A stretch of DNA of 64,000 bases, taken from NCBI GenBank assembly GCA_963796965.1, contig CAWCNS010000007.1:800001-864000 (forward strand), written 5' to 3'. Source of the stretch: Calditrichia bacterium (GTDB taxonomy: Bacteria; Calditrichota; Calditrichia; JAJRVZ01). This document shows, piece after piece, positions 22,009 to 31,716 of this stretch (within the stretch, counting starts at the first letter, position 1; each line of letters starts with the position of its first letter). Position numbers and translations under genes: made by a program. The notes beneath the pieces were generated by a model. The model ran no database searches. It was not told the origin of the DNA and saw only the letters and a program-made list of their open reading frames with translations.

Positions 22009-23148
22009 ATGGTATTAAACAGAGCATATATATCTGTTATATTGATTACGCTGATTTTTTCTGCCTGTGGCACGCTAAGAATCCGTGATTTCCCGGAGCA
22101 GCTACTATCAGACAATGACCCACTCATTGCATCAAAGAACTCTTTCACCAGAAACACCGTTGGCCGTGAGGAACTTGTACCTCCACTAATTGAAGATTGG
22201 ACAGAAGATTATACTTCCCTGCCAAACAATGGATTTACTGCAGTCGACAACTGGCTATTATTTGGCACCTACAATGGTTATCTTGCTGTTGCAGATATTG
22301 ATGATGGCGACCTGAAAGGCAAAAGGAATCTGGGTGATGCCTGTTCTACTCCACCAACGGTCCATGATAAAGTTTTGTATCAAAGTTTTGAAACCGGTTC
22401 ATATGGCTTGATCGCCTATAATATTTCAGGCGGATATATATTATGGCGTCTGGAAGATCATTTTTCCCGCTCTTCTCCTATTATTGTCGATAATACGGTG
22501 CTATTTCAGACAGTGAGAGGTGAGGTTCTCTGTCTTGATATAGAAGAAGGTGAAGAAATCTGGCGAATATCCCTCCAAACTAACCTAAGAAATTCTGCGG
22601 CTTTTAAGGATGGGAAACTGATTATAACGACACTCGAAGGAAAAATCCTTGCCCTCAACCATACTTCCGGTGAGGTATTATGGGAAGTGGACATCCAGAC
22701 TCCAATTATGGCAGATCCTGTAATAGAAGGAGATGCGATTTATATTGTTACTCATACGGGTATCTTATTCGTATATGAATTATCAAATGGATCTGAACGA
22801 TATACGCAGGAACTAGGTGTGCGAGCCTATCATGGCCCTACTATTGATAACGAGAGTATTTACCTGGCCATGGGAAATGGGAGTTTAATCGCATTGAATA
22901 AGTCCAGTTATAAACAAAACTGGGAATTCGATGGCGACGGCCCTGCAGCAGGCTCTGTTCTTATTACTGACACCTATGCCTATCTAACAACGCTTGCAGG
23001 TATATTGTATATATTGGATAAAAATAATGGTACGTTATTACAAACCATCACACTTTCCGGAAGAGCACGTTCTACACCGATTATAAAAAAAGGAAAATTA
23101 ATAATATCCGTAGAGAACAAACAGGTTAATGCCTATGCCAAAGAATAA
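22009..23148 (+). CDS. PQQ-type beta-propeller lipoprotein (BamB-like)
   Basis: Lipobox-like FSAC and repeated G...W propeller blades; starts immediately after the Omp85 stop. Confidence 0.8.
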   Translation: MVLNRAYISVILITLIFSACGTLRIRDFPEQLLSDNDPLIASKNSFTRNTVGREELVPPLIEDWTEDYTSLPNNGFTAVDNWLLFGTYNGYLAVADIDDGDLKGKRNLGDACSTPPTVHDKVLYQSFETGSYGLIAYNISGGYILWRLEDHFSRSSPIIVDNTVLFQTVRGEVLCLDIEEGEEIWRISLQTNLRNSAAFKDGKLIITTLEGKILALNHTSGEVLWEVDIQTPIMADPVIEGDAIYIVTHTGILFVYELSNGSERYTQELGVRAYHGPTIDNESIYLAMGNGSLIALNKSSYKQNWEFDGDGPAAGSVLITDTYAYLTTLAGILYILDKNNGTLLQTITLSGRARSTPIIKKGKLIISVENKQVNAYAKE

Positions 23149-23905
23149 ACTTCTTATATATATCCTGTTTATTTTTCTCGCTTCGATATCATTTGCGATG
23201 GATGATACGGGTTACCTCTCCGTCACAGCCGGAGACAGCATGGACATAACTATTGATACAACTTTTATTGGAACCGGGAGCGTTTCCTATATCGCCCTGC
23301 CCATCGGCAGCCACACCCTCCATGTCTACAACCCATACAACCGTTCCTGGTCCAATCGCGGTCGGACAAGAGAAATTGAAATAAAATTTAACGAACATAC
23401 GAATATAGATCTTAGGAATGACGAGGACATACGAATAATAAGTGTGCCCTATGCCAGTAAAGTTTATATGGGTGATGAATTTATAGGTCAAACACCCCTG
23501 GTTTTTGCCAGAAAAACCATTGGTGATCAATCCATACGGTTAGAAAACAGAGGTTTTGAAGACAAGTCTTTCACATTAATTCAAGGTCAGTCCGTCTATA
23601 AAGTATCACTTCAAAGCGCTGGAAATCAGGGCAAGAGTAGATTGTCAAAGATGAAAGATAGTCAATATAAGATAAAATGGTACCGCGAAGGATTAATTGT
23701 AACATCGCTCGCTGCCAGTTGGGCATCATTTTATTACAAGCGCGAAGCAGACAAATATTATGCACAATATCAGAGATCTTCCGATTCAAGAGAGATGATC
23801 GCCATGTATAGTAAAACAAAGAAATATGACCAATGGTCTGAAATTGCCATTGCCGTTTCTGCCGTTACTTTAGGTACCTACCTATATTTACTATTATTCA
23901 ATTAA
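23129..23905 (+). CDS. PEGA-domain protein with a C-terminal membrane region
   Basis: Signal peptide, ISVPYASKVYMGDEFIGQTPL PEGA-like motif, C-terminal hydrophobic helices. Confidence 0.7.
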   Translation: MPMPKNKLLIYILFIFLASISFAMDDTGYLSVTAGDSMDITIDTTFIGTGSVSYIALPIGSHTLHVYNPYNRSWSNRGRTREIEIKFNEHTNIDLRNDEDIRIISVPYASKVYMGDEFIGQTPLVFARKTIGDQSIRLENRGFEDKSFTLIQGQSVYKVSLQSAGNQGKSRLSKMKDSQYKIKWYREGLIVTSLAASWASFYYKREADKYYAQYQRSSDSREMIAMYSKTKKYDQWSEIAIAVSAVTLGTYLYLLLFN

Positions 23906-24163
23906 TATATTCATTCGAAAATCTCTTCCAACCTCCTCATCATTATATTTATGCACTTTGACGCATTAATATCCACAATTAATTTGGTCTTACTTCATAA
24001 ATTTTATAAATTTAATGTTTATATATTTGAGATAGTGAAAAGCGTAGCACGGAGAGCATGGCGCAAAGCTAATTCATTTTTTAACGCTATCGTTTTGCGG
24101 TAAACTCAGTGTTCTCTATGGCTATTTCTCTTACATTGCCCAAAACAAATCATAGGAGAAAAA

Positions 24164-24337
24164 ATGAACAAGAAAACAGAATGCCCCGTATGTGCTGCAG
24201 AAATATTAATTTTACCTGATGCCGTTGAAGGTGAATTAATTGTCTGCCCGGAATGTGGTGCAGAATTGGAAATCATCAATGTTGAGCCACCGGAATTAGC
24301 AGAGGCCCCGCAAGAAGAGGAAGATTGGGGAGAATAG
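24164..24337 (+). CDS. lysW: Amino-group carrier protein LysW (57 aa; missing from the ORF track)
   Basis: Manual translation [57 protein letters not shown]: two CxxC pairs, diagnostic C-terminal EDWGE, RBS AGGAG. Confidence 0.98.
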   Translation: MNKKTECPVCAAEILILPDAVEGELIVCPECGAELEIINVEPPELAEAPQEEEDWGE

Positions 24338-24340
24338 TTT

Positions 24341-25496
24341 TTGGCAAAAATTCTTGATACAACTTTACGTGAGGGAGAACAAACGCCCGGCGTATATTTT
24401 GATGGACATATAAAACTCGCTATCGCTGATCTACTGGACCGTGTAGGCGTTGATATTATCGAGACAGGTCATCCTGTTGTCTCGGAAGATATTCATCATG
24501 CGGTGGAACAAATTGCGAACCGAAATCTCCGGGCAATAATTGGTGCACATTCCCGCTCCGTTCGGAAAGATATCGACCTTGCTTTGGCCTGTGGTGTTGG
24601 TTTTATTGGCATTTTTTATTGTGTCTCCGATGACAGATTGAACCATGTATTTAAGCGGGACTTAAACTCCGCCATAGACAATATAACGCAATGCATCAGT
24701 TATGCTAAGATGAATCAACCAAATTTAATAATACGGTATACACCTGAAGATACAGTTCGCTCGAATTTTGAGAACGTTCTCTCAGACTGCGGTCGCTGCC
24801 GTTGAAGCAGGCGCCGATATCATCAGTATAGCCGATACAACCGGTTTTATGATACCGGGCTCAGCGAATAATATGTATGATTATGTCTCCCGGCTAAAAG
24901 AGGAGTTTAATAAAAGATCGCTCTCACCACAATTAGCGGTTCATTGCCATAATGACCGGGGTCTGGCATTGGCAAATGCACTTGATGCCTACCGTGCTGG
25001 TGCGGATATTATCGACGCTTCTGTGCTTGGACTTGGTGAACGGGCCGGAATTGTCGATCTGGCTCAATTGGTAACCACATTGCAAAATGTATATCATGAG
25101 CCATCTAAATGGGATGCAAAGGTATTACCTGAACTCTATACTATAGTGAGCAGATATGCTGGTGTCCCGATACCGGTTAATCAACCGATTACCGGTAAAA
25201 ACGCGTTCACCCATTGTGCCGGTGTGCATACCCATGCGGCCGTTCAAAATCCGGCCCATTATCAGAGTCTGGATCCTAAAATTGTTGGTAGAGAAATGAT
25301 GGTTTCTCTCGATCATATGTCTGGCATTTCGTCTCTGCAATGGGCATTGGAAAAAATTAAAATTGAACTTGACGATGAACAACTTACCAAAGTTCTGCAG
25401 GTTGTAAAGTCTATTGGCCAAAAAGGTCGAACAGTAGATCTTACCGAATTAGATCATATCGTTGAATGGTGTAAAAAACACCCCGACCTTAAGTAA
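24341..25496 (+). CDS. hcs: Homocitrate synthase (DRE-TIM family), frameshift near 24780
   Basis: DTTLREGEQ, HCHNDRG and GLGERAG; no LeuA regulatory domain; located in the lysW cluster. Confidence 0.82.
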
Positions 25497-25724
25497 TTCA
25501 CAATTTATTCATTATAGGGTATATCAAATTGGAAATGTTATAGTTTCCATCAAGAGAAGGTTATAAACCTCAAAGAAGACAGACAAGTAGAAGAGTGAAG
25601 ACAGAAAAGTGAAGAGATAGATTAATGATGTCTTCTCATCTCTCCTCTTTCTTCAGTTCCCTAAATAGATCTGTGTTCTCTATATTCCATGACAATCAGT
25701 TAATATTAAAGGTAGGAATAGCAA

Positions 25725-26577
25725 ATGAAAATCGGATTTTTACATTCACTTATCAGAAAAGATGAGAAATTACTTCTTGACGAAATAAATAAGCGACCAG
25801 ATATAGATCTGGTAATGATTGATGACAGGGAATTGATATTCAACATGGGAGAAAGTCCCTTTGATGTGGATGTTATCATAGAACGTTCAATCAATCATTC
25901 CCGGGCTTTACATGCCCTTACTTTATTTGAGGCCCAAGGTATTAAATGTGTTAACAAGGCCGATGTGGCCTTGGTTTGTGGAGATAAACTGCTCACCTCA
26001 CGTGCCTTATCTATGAATAATGTTCCTCAGCCACCTGTGAGTGTCACATTTACAGAGGCATCGGCAATAAAAGCCATTGAGGATATGGGTTACCCAGTGG
26101 TCATTAAACCGGCCGTGGGGTCTTGGGGCCGGCTATTAGCGAAAGTTAATGATCGGGATGCTGCCGAAGCATTGCTGGAACATAAAAAAATTCTAGGCAG
26201 TTATCACCATTCTATTTTCTATATTCAAAAATATGTAGAAAAAAAGGGCCGGGATATTCGTTCTTTTGTAGTAGGAGATACCTGTATTGCAGACTATTTA
26301 CAGGGAATCCGAGCATTGGATTACCAATACAGCCCGGGGAGGGGTAGCGTCCAATTGCCCCATGACCGATGAATTACGTGAGTTATCTCTTAACGCCGCC
26401 GCGGCTGTTGGCGGAGGGGTGGTTGCCATTGATCTTTTAGAATCTAAAGACGGATTACTTGTCAATGAGGTAAATTATACAATGGAATTTAAAAACAGCA
26501 TTGATGTAACAGGTGTTAATATCCCTGCTCATATTATTGATTATGTTGCCGCAGTGGCCAAAGGAGATGCCAGATGA
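25725..26577 (+). CDS. lysX: Alpha-aminoadipate--LysW ligase LysX (ATP-grasp), frameshift near 26293
   Basis: [42 protein letters not shown] and [10 protein letters not shown]. Confidence 0.94.
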
Positions 26578-27620
26578 ACACCTTAAGAATATCAATTGTG
26601 GGGGGATCTGGATATACAGGTGGTGAATTAATCAGGATTTTGCTCTTTCATCCCAATGTATCAATTCAACAGGTTACTTCTGAGCGATTTTATGGTAAGC
26701 CCATTTCAAAAGTACACCCAAACCTGCGAAAAAGAACCGATTTAATATTTTGTGGTATCGATGAGCTGGAATCATGCGATGTTATATTTCTCTGTTTACC
26801 CCATGGCCAATCCATGCAGAAAATAGATATATATAAAAATTTAGCACCAAATATTATTGATCTTAGTGCAGATTTCCGCCTCGATTCAGCAGAACGCTAT
26901 AAAAAATGGTACAAACAGGATCACACGAACCCTGAACTTCTGAACGAATTTATTTATGGTATACCAGAACTACATCGGGAAGAAATGAAATCGGCTAAAA
27001 TGATATCAAGTGCCGGATGCAATGCAACCGCTTCTATTCTGGCCCTCTATCCCCTTTTTAAAAATAAGCTCATCATACCCGGACAAACCGTATGTGAAGT
27101 TAAGGTGGGATCCAGTGAAGGTGGTAACCGCGCATCTGATGCCTCTCACCATCCCGTACGTAGTGGTGTGTTGCGATCTTTTTCGCCAACAGGTCATCGC
27201 CATATGGGTGAAGTCGAACAGGAATTGGATTTTGGAGAAGGGGCAAATATTCATTTTTCAGCCACCTCAATTGATATGGTACGCGGGATTCTTGCTACTT
27301 GTCATGTTTTTCTAAAAGAAAGTTTAGAAGATAAAGATATCTGGAAAATTTACCGACAGACTTATGGTCAGGAACCCTTTATCAGAATCGTAAAGGAACG
27401 CGATGGCAATTACCGCTATCCGGAACCAAAGATTCTTGCTGGAACCAATTTCTGCGATATCGGTTTTCAAAAAGATCCGCAATCCAATCGGTTAGTGGTT
27501 ATCTCTGCTATCGATAATTTAATGAAAGGCGCTGCTGGCCAGGCTGTCCAGGCTTTAAATCTGATGATGGATTTTGAAGAAACCACAGCGCTGGAGTTTC
27601 CTGGTTTACACCCTATATAG
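26574..27620 (+). CDS. lysY: LysW-gamma-aminoadipyl-phosphate reductase LysY
   Basis: [36 protein letters not shown] and DNLMKGAAG (LysY subtype of ArgC); cluster context. Confidence 0.9.
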   Translation: MNTLRISIVGGSGYTGGELIRILLFHPNVSIQQVTSERFYGKPISKVHPNLRKRTDLIFCGIDELESCDVIFLCLPHGQSMQKIDIYKNLAPNIIDLSADFRLDSAERYKKWYKQDHTNPELLNEFIYGIPELHREEMKSAKMISSAGCNATASILALYPLFKNKLIIPGQTVCEVKVGSSEGGNRASDASHHPVRSGVLRSFSPTGHRHMGEVEQELDFGEGANIHFSATSIDMVRGILATCHVFLKESLEDKDIWKIYRQTYGQEPFIRIVKERDGNYRYPEPKILAGTNFCDIGFQKDPQSNRLVVISAIDNLMKGAAGQAVQALNLMMDFEETTALEFPGLHPI

Positions 27621-27825
27621 AGATTGTCGTTTATATCTCCTTAAACACAAAGGACACAAAGAAGACACGGAGTACACAGAGAGAATAAAAAAAAATACAA
27701 GATACCAAATAAATAAAGTTTAAGATTATCGTATAGGATGTATGATCTAATATTTTGTCTTTTGTATTAATTATTTTGTATTTATTTTCTCTGCGGCTCT
27801 GCGGCTCTGCGTGATAAAACATCTT

Positions 27826-28461
27826 ATGTGCAGACTACTATATGTACGCTCAAGTGATTCCTTTGAGATACATGAACATTTGCAAAAGTTTGCCTCTATT
27901 TGCAAGAATAATAAAGAATTCCAGGGCCATGGTTGGGGATGTTCTTACCTTGTTGATGGTGAGTGGCAACATTATAAAAACATTAATCCCATTTGGGAAG
28001 ATCAGATTAATCAATTCGGCGAGACAAATTTGATAATTGCCCATGCCCGAAGTGCTTTTCAGGATAAAGATATTGTCATAGAAAACAATATGCCCTTTAT
28101 AATAGATGATATGGTCTATATTTTTAATGGTGAATTGCATGGTGTAAAGATAAAGGAACAGGGCCGGATCGGAGCCGAGAAAATTTTTAATTTTATTCTG
28201 CGATTCTATAAAGGCAGTATTAAAGAGGCAATGCAAAAGGGAACAAAAATAGTTGAAAGCCGTAGTCGATATATCCGGGCGATGAATATTATCATGACAG
28301 ACAAGTCCCAGGCGTGTGTTTCATCATTATTCAATGAAGATGATGACTATTTTACCATGTACACAAAACAACACAGTTATTGTAAGATTGTATGTTCGGA
28401 ACCTTACCCGGAGGAAACGGACTGGCAACCTATAGGAAACAGAAGTCTTGAGGAAATTTAA
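27826..28461 (+). CDS. Stand-alone class II glutamine amidotransferase-like Ntn hydrolase (EgtC/YafJ/Dug3-like), 211 aa; candidate LysW-gamma-lysine hydrolase
   Basis: Start reassigned to ATG 27826, giving MCRLL with the Cys nucleophile; GHGWG, AHARSA, NNMPF and FNG motifs; its TAA abuts the lysZ ATG. Confidence 0.88.
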   Translation: MCRLLYVRSSDSFEIHEHLQKFASICKNNKEFQGHGWGCSYLVDGEWQHYKNINPIWEDQINQFGETNLIIAHARSAFQDKDIVIENNMPFIIDDMVYIFNGELHGVKIKEQGRIGAEKIFNFILRFYKGSIKEAMQKGTKIVESRSRYIRAMNIIMTDKSQACVSSLFNEDDDYFTMYTKQHSYCKIVCSEPYPEETDWQPIGNRSLEEI

Positions 28462-29253
28462 ATGATCATTGTAAAAATTGGTGGGGGCGAGGCAATCAAC
28501 ATCCAAGGTATCATAGCCAATTTGGGTGAGATAGATGAGAAATTTGTCATCGTTCATGGTGCCAATGCCCTACGGGATGCATTAGCAGAGAAATTAAACT
28601 ATTCCAAAAAAGTATTAACATCTGTTTCAGGATATAGCAGTGTCTTCTCCGATGAACAAGCCTTAGATGTAATGATGATGGCCTATGCCGGGTTGAGAAA
28701 TAAACGTATTGTTGAACTCTGTCAGCAAAAGGGAATTAACGCTGTCGGCTTATCCGGTCTTGATGGTAAAATGATTCAGGGTAAACGCAATAATGGGATA
28801 AGAATTAAAGAAAACGGTAAACTTCGAATTGTAAGAGATTTTTCCGGGAAGCCGAAGGAAATCAATACGCAATTATTGGATTTATTACTTACCAACGGAT
28901 ATACACCTGTTCTTTCCGTCCCTATTATAGATGAGAATAATTTTGCCATCAATTCCGAAAATGATGATATCATCAATGTGCTGCAAAAAAGTATACATGC
29001 AGAAAAAATAATTACGTTAATTGAAGCACCTGGTTTTTTAGACGATCCTTCTGATCCTGGTAGTGTGGTCGCAAAGATCAGCCCCCAGGAACTAGAGCGG
29101 AGAGAGGGTCAGGTGGAAGGAAGGATGAAACGAAAACTCCTTGCTCTGAGGAGATTGTTTGAAAACGGCGCCAATACGCTTATAATGGCCGATGGCCGGG
29201 TAGAAAATCCTATCCATGATGCTTTAGCCGGAAAAGGAACAATTATTCAATGA
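28462..29253 (+). CDS. lysZ: LysW-gamma-aminoadipate kinase LysZ
   Basis: VKIGG, VHGA, SGYSSVFSD, AVGLSGLDG and GRMKRK; cluster context. Confidence 0.92.
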   Translation: MIIVKIGGGEAINIQGIIANLGEIDEKFVIVHGANALRDALAEKLNYSKKVLTSVSGYSSVFSDEQALDVMMMAYAGLRNKRIVELCQQKGINAVGLSGLDGKMIQGKRNNGIRIKENGKLRIVRDFSGKPKEINTQLLDLLLTNGYTPVLSVPIIDENNFAINSENDDIINVLQKSIHAEKIITLIEAPGFLDDPSDPGSVVAKISPQELERREGQVEGRMKRKLLALRRLFENGANTLIMADGRVENPIHDALAGKGTIIQ

Positions 29254-30416
29254 AAAATTTTGAGGAAATTGAAGATCAATATAGCCTGAGTCTTTTTCAA
29301 AAACGCGGCATTACTCTGGTAAAAGGAAAAAATGCCACAGTTTGGGATAAGGATGGCAAGGAATATATTGATTGTACGGCCGGACATGGCGTAGCCAGCA
29401 TTGGACATTGCAATGATGATCTGGTTGCTGCCCTCTCCTCCCAGGCGGCAAAGTTAATCACCTGCACGGGATCCTTCTATAACGAAGAACGTGCCAAATT
29501 AATGGAAAAGTTAGTAGAGATAAGCCCTAAGGGTTTGGAGAAGGTATTTTTATGTAATTCAGGAACAGAAAGCATTGAAGCTGCGATAAAATTTGCCCGG
29601 ATTAGTACGGGCAGAACTGATTTTATTTGCGCCATGCGTGGTTTTCACGGCCGCACATTGGGTGCATTAAGCGCAACGCATAATCCCAAATACCGTAATG
29701 ATTTTCAACCTTTGATTCCCGGTTTTCATTTTGTTCCTTACAATAATTTTGAAAAGATCAAAGAAAAGCATAACCGGATTCAACTGCCGCGATTATACTT
29801 GAAGTAATTCAGGGTGAAGGCGGCGTTCATCCGGCAGATCCAGGAATATCTTGTTCAGGTTCAGTCATTTTGCAAAGAGAAAGGTATCCTGCTAATCATT
29901 GATGAGGTTCAGACAGGCTTTGGGAGAACAGGAAAATTATTTGCCTGTGAACATTATGATCTTGAACCGGATTTGTTATGTCTGTCCAAGGCAATCGGTG
30001 GTGGATTTCCTATAGGTGCTGTTCTCTGTTCCTCATCCATAAAAGTCGCCCTGGGGAAACATGGCACAACCTTTGGCGGTAATCCCCTGGCTTGCGCCGC
30101 TTCCCTTGCTTCGATTAATTTTTTACTAAAGAATGATTTACCAGGACAATCTGCAGCAAAAGGAAAATACTTTGTGGAAAAATTTCCTTCTGAAAAATTG
30201 GAAAAAGTACGCGAAGTACGGCAGATGGGATTGATGATCGGTATTGAACTAAAAGAAAAATCGCAACCCTATATTACCAAATTGCAGGAGATGGGAGTTT
30301 TAACCATACCGGCTGGTGCAACGGTTATTCGTCTTTTACCACCCCTCACAATCGAATATCAACAACTAGATCGTGTTATTGATTCTATTACAAACGTATT
30401 AGAAGAAGGACTATAG
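29250..30416 (+). CDS. lysJ: LysW-aminoadipate-semialdehyde aminotransferase LysJ (class III PLP), frameshifts around 29765-29845
   Basis: NSGTESIEAAIK, GFHGRTLG, IQGEGG (in the shifted frame), DEVQTGFGRTG and HGTTFGGNPLA. Confidence 0.88.
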
Positions 30417-30441
30417 ATTAACTCTCTGCTCTCGGTTTCCT

Positions 30442-30660
30442 TTACCGGGAATTAAAACGCCAAACCAAAGATAAAAACAGTACATTTTGATCCGGTGCAA
30501 GATGATTATCATGGCCCCTGAAATAGCCACTTTCCGGACCTGTAGAACGATCATACCGGTATTCCAGTTTTGTCATTAGTTTATGTTCCGTACTTTTAGA
30601 CATAATATTATAACCAATCGTTGCTGACACCGCCCAAATATTCTGCCTACCTCCAGACAT
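30442..30660 (-). pseudogene. C-terminal fragment of an outer-membrane beta-barrel porin (BBP2/OmpL-like)
   Basis: AVSATIGY...KLEYRYDRS...QNVLFLSLVWRF resemble the last strands of a barrel. There is no signal peptide and no room for the N-terminus, because proC ends at 30668. Confidence 0.55.
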
Positions 30661-30667
30661 AGGGCCA

Positions 30668-31480
30668 CTACCCTTCGTACAATTTTTCCGCTTTGGTTGC
30701 CGAGGTTACAATACCCTTTATCATTGCCGAGCTAAAACCATCATGCTCCATCTGATTCAGATCCGGAAATCGTTACACCTCGTGGTGTGGTCACCTTATC
30801 GATCTCAAATTCGGGATGTTGATTGTTTTCTAACAGGAGGGATGCTGCACCCTTTGCTGTCTGGGCTGCTATTTGAAGGGCCTTTGCAGGATGAAATCCT
30901 ATTTCAATACCACCCTGGGAAGCGGCGCGAATCGCTCTCAGAAAAAATGCTATCCCGCAGGCACCTAATGCTGTTGCGGCACCCATCAATTCTTCTTCTA
31001 TACGTAATGACTTACCAACTGTATTGAAAATAGATTCGGCAACAGCCAAGGCTTTGCCATTGGCACTTTCAGAGGATAAACAGGTCATCGATTCGCGGAT
31101 CCCAATCGCCGTATTTGGCATCGCCCGAACAAGTGCCAGATTTTTTCCGGTTTTATCTAAGATCTGTTTTGTGTTAACACCCGTCACCACAGATATCACA
31201 ATATGTTTTTCTTCAATCTAAATGACTGCCAATTTCTTCCAACAGGTTGTTGATCTGTTGCGGTTCAACGGCAATGATGATGACATCTGAATCTTTGATT
31301 GCGGCAATATTATCATCTGTAACCCTGACACCCATCTTTTCATATTTCTCTAAAAGATGTACTTTCCGACGTGTTAAGGATTATTTGATCTTTATTTATT
31401 AATCCGGAAGCGAAAAGACCATCAGTAATAGCCATGCCAAGGCTTCCTGCGCCTAAAATTGCAATTTTTTTATTTTTCAT
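30668..31480 (-). CDS. proC: Pyrroline-5-carboxylate reductase, several frameshifts
   Basis: MKNKKIAILGAGSLG at 31480, VRAMPNT, VTTPRGVTISG; the shifted tail LNQMEHDGFSSAMIKGIV... ends at TAG 30668. Confidence 0.9.
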
Positions 31481-31548
31481 TTTTATTCCTTTATAATATT
31501 AAATTGTCTTTCTGTAAGGTTCTTTCAAAAAGACAAATCCTTCACCCC

Positions 31549-31706
31549 TGTTATCTTGAAAGGAACTCCTAAATGGTGAATTATTCTCGATAAGCAGGAA
31601 GATTGTTATCCCGAATGACGAATCAACTTTCATTATCGATTCTCGAAAGGATTGTTCCAAGATACCGATACAGTCCCGACGGGCAGAAAGATTTTTCAGA
31701 ATGACA
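31549..31706. repeat. Degenerate copy of the TGTCAT...ATGACA REP-like element (family A)
   Basis: TGTTATCTTGAAAGGA ... GAAAGATTTTTCAGAATGACA between proC and gltD. Confidence 0.45.
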
Positions 31707-31716
31707 GATTAAATTA

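Noticed and set aside
23951..24103. 50-codon ORF or lysine riboswitch upstream of lysW
   Set aside because: No RBS, no Lys-codon run and no L-box features; its 3' part overlaps a degenerate repeat.
27631..27822. Short ORFs over intergenic repeats (also 49788-49970, 57372-57569, 58879-59061, 37818-38081)
   Set aside because: These are translations of repeat arms or AT-rich spacers with no protein features.
27811..27825. GTG start for the Ntn protein
   Set aside because: The GTG lies inside a repeat arm, and Ntn hydrolases need Cys directly after Met, which ATG 27826 provides.
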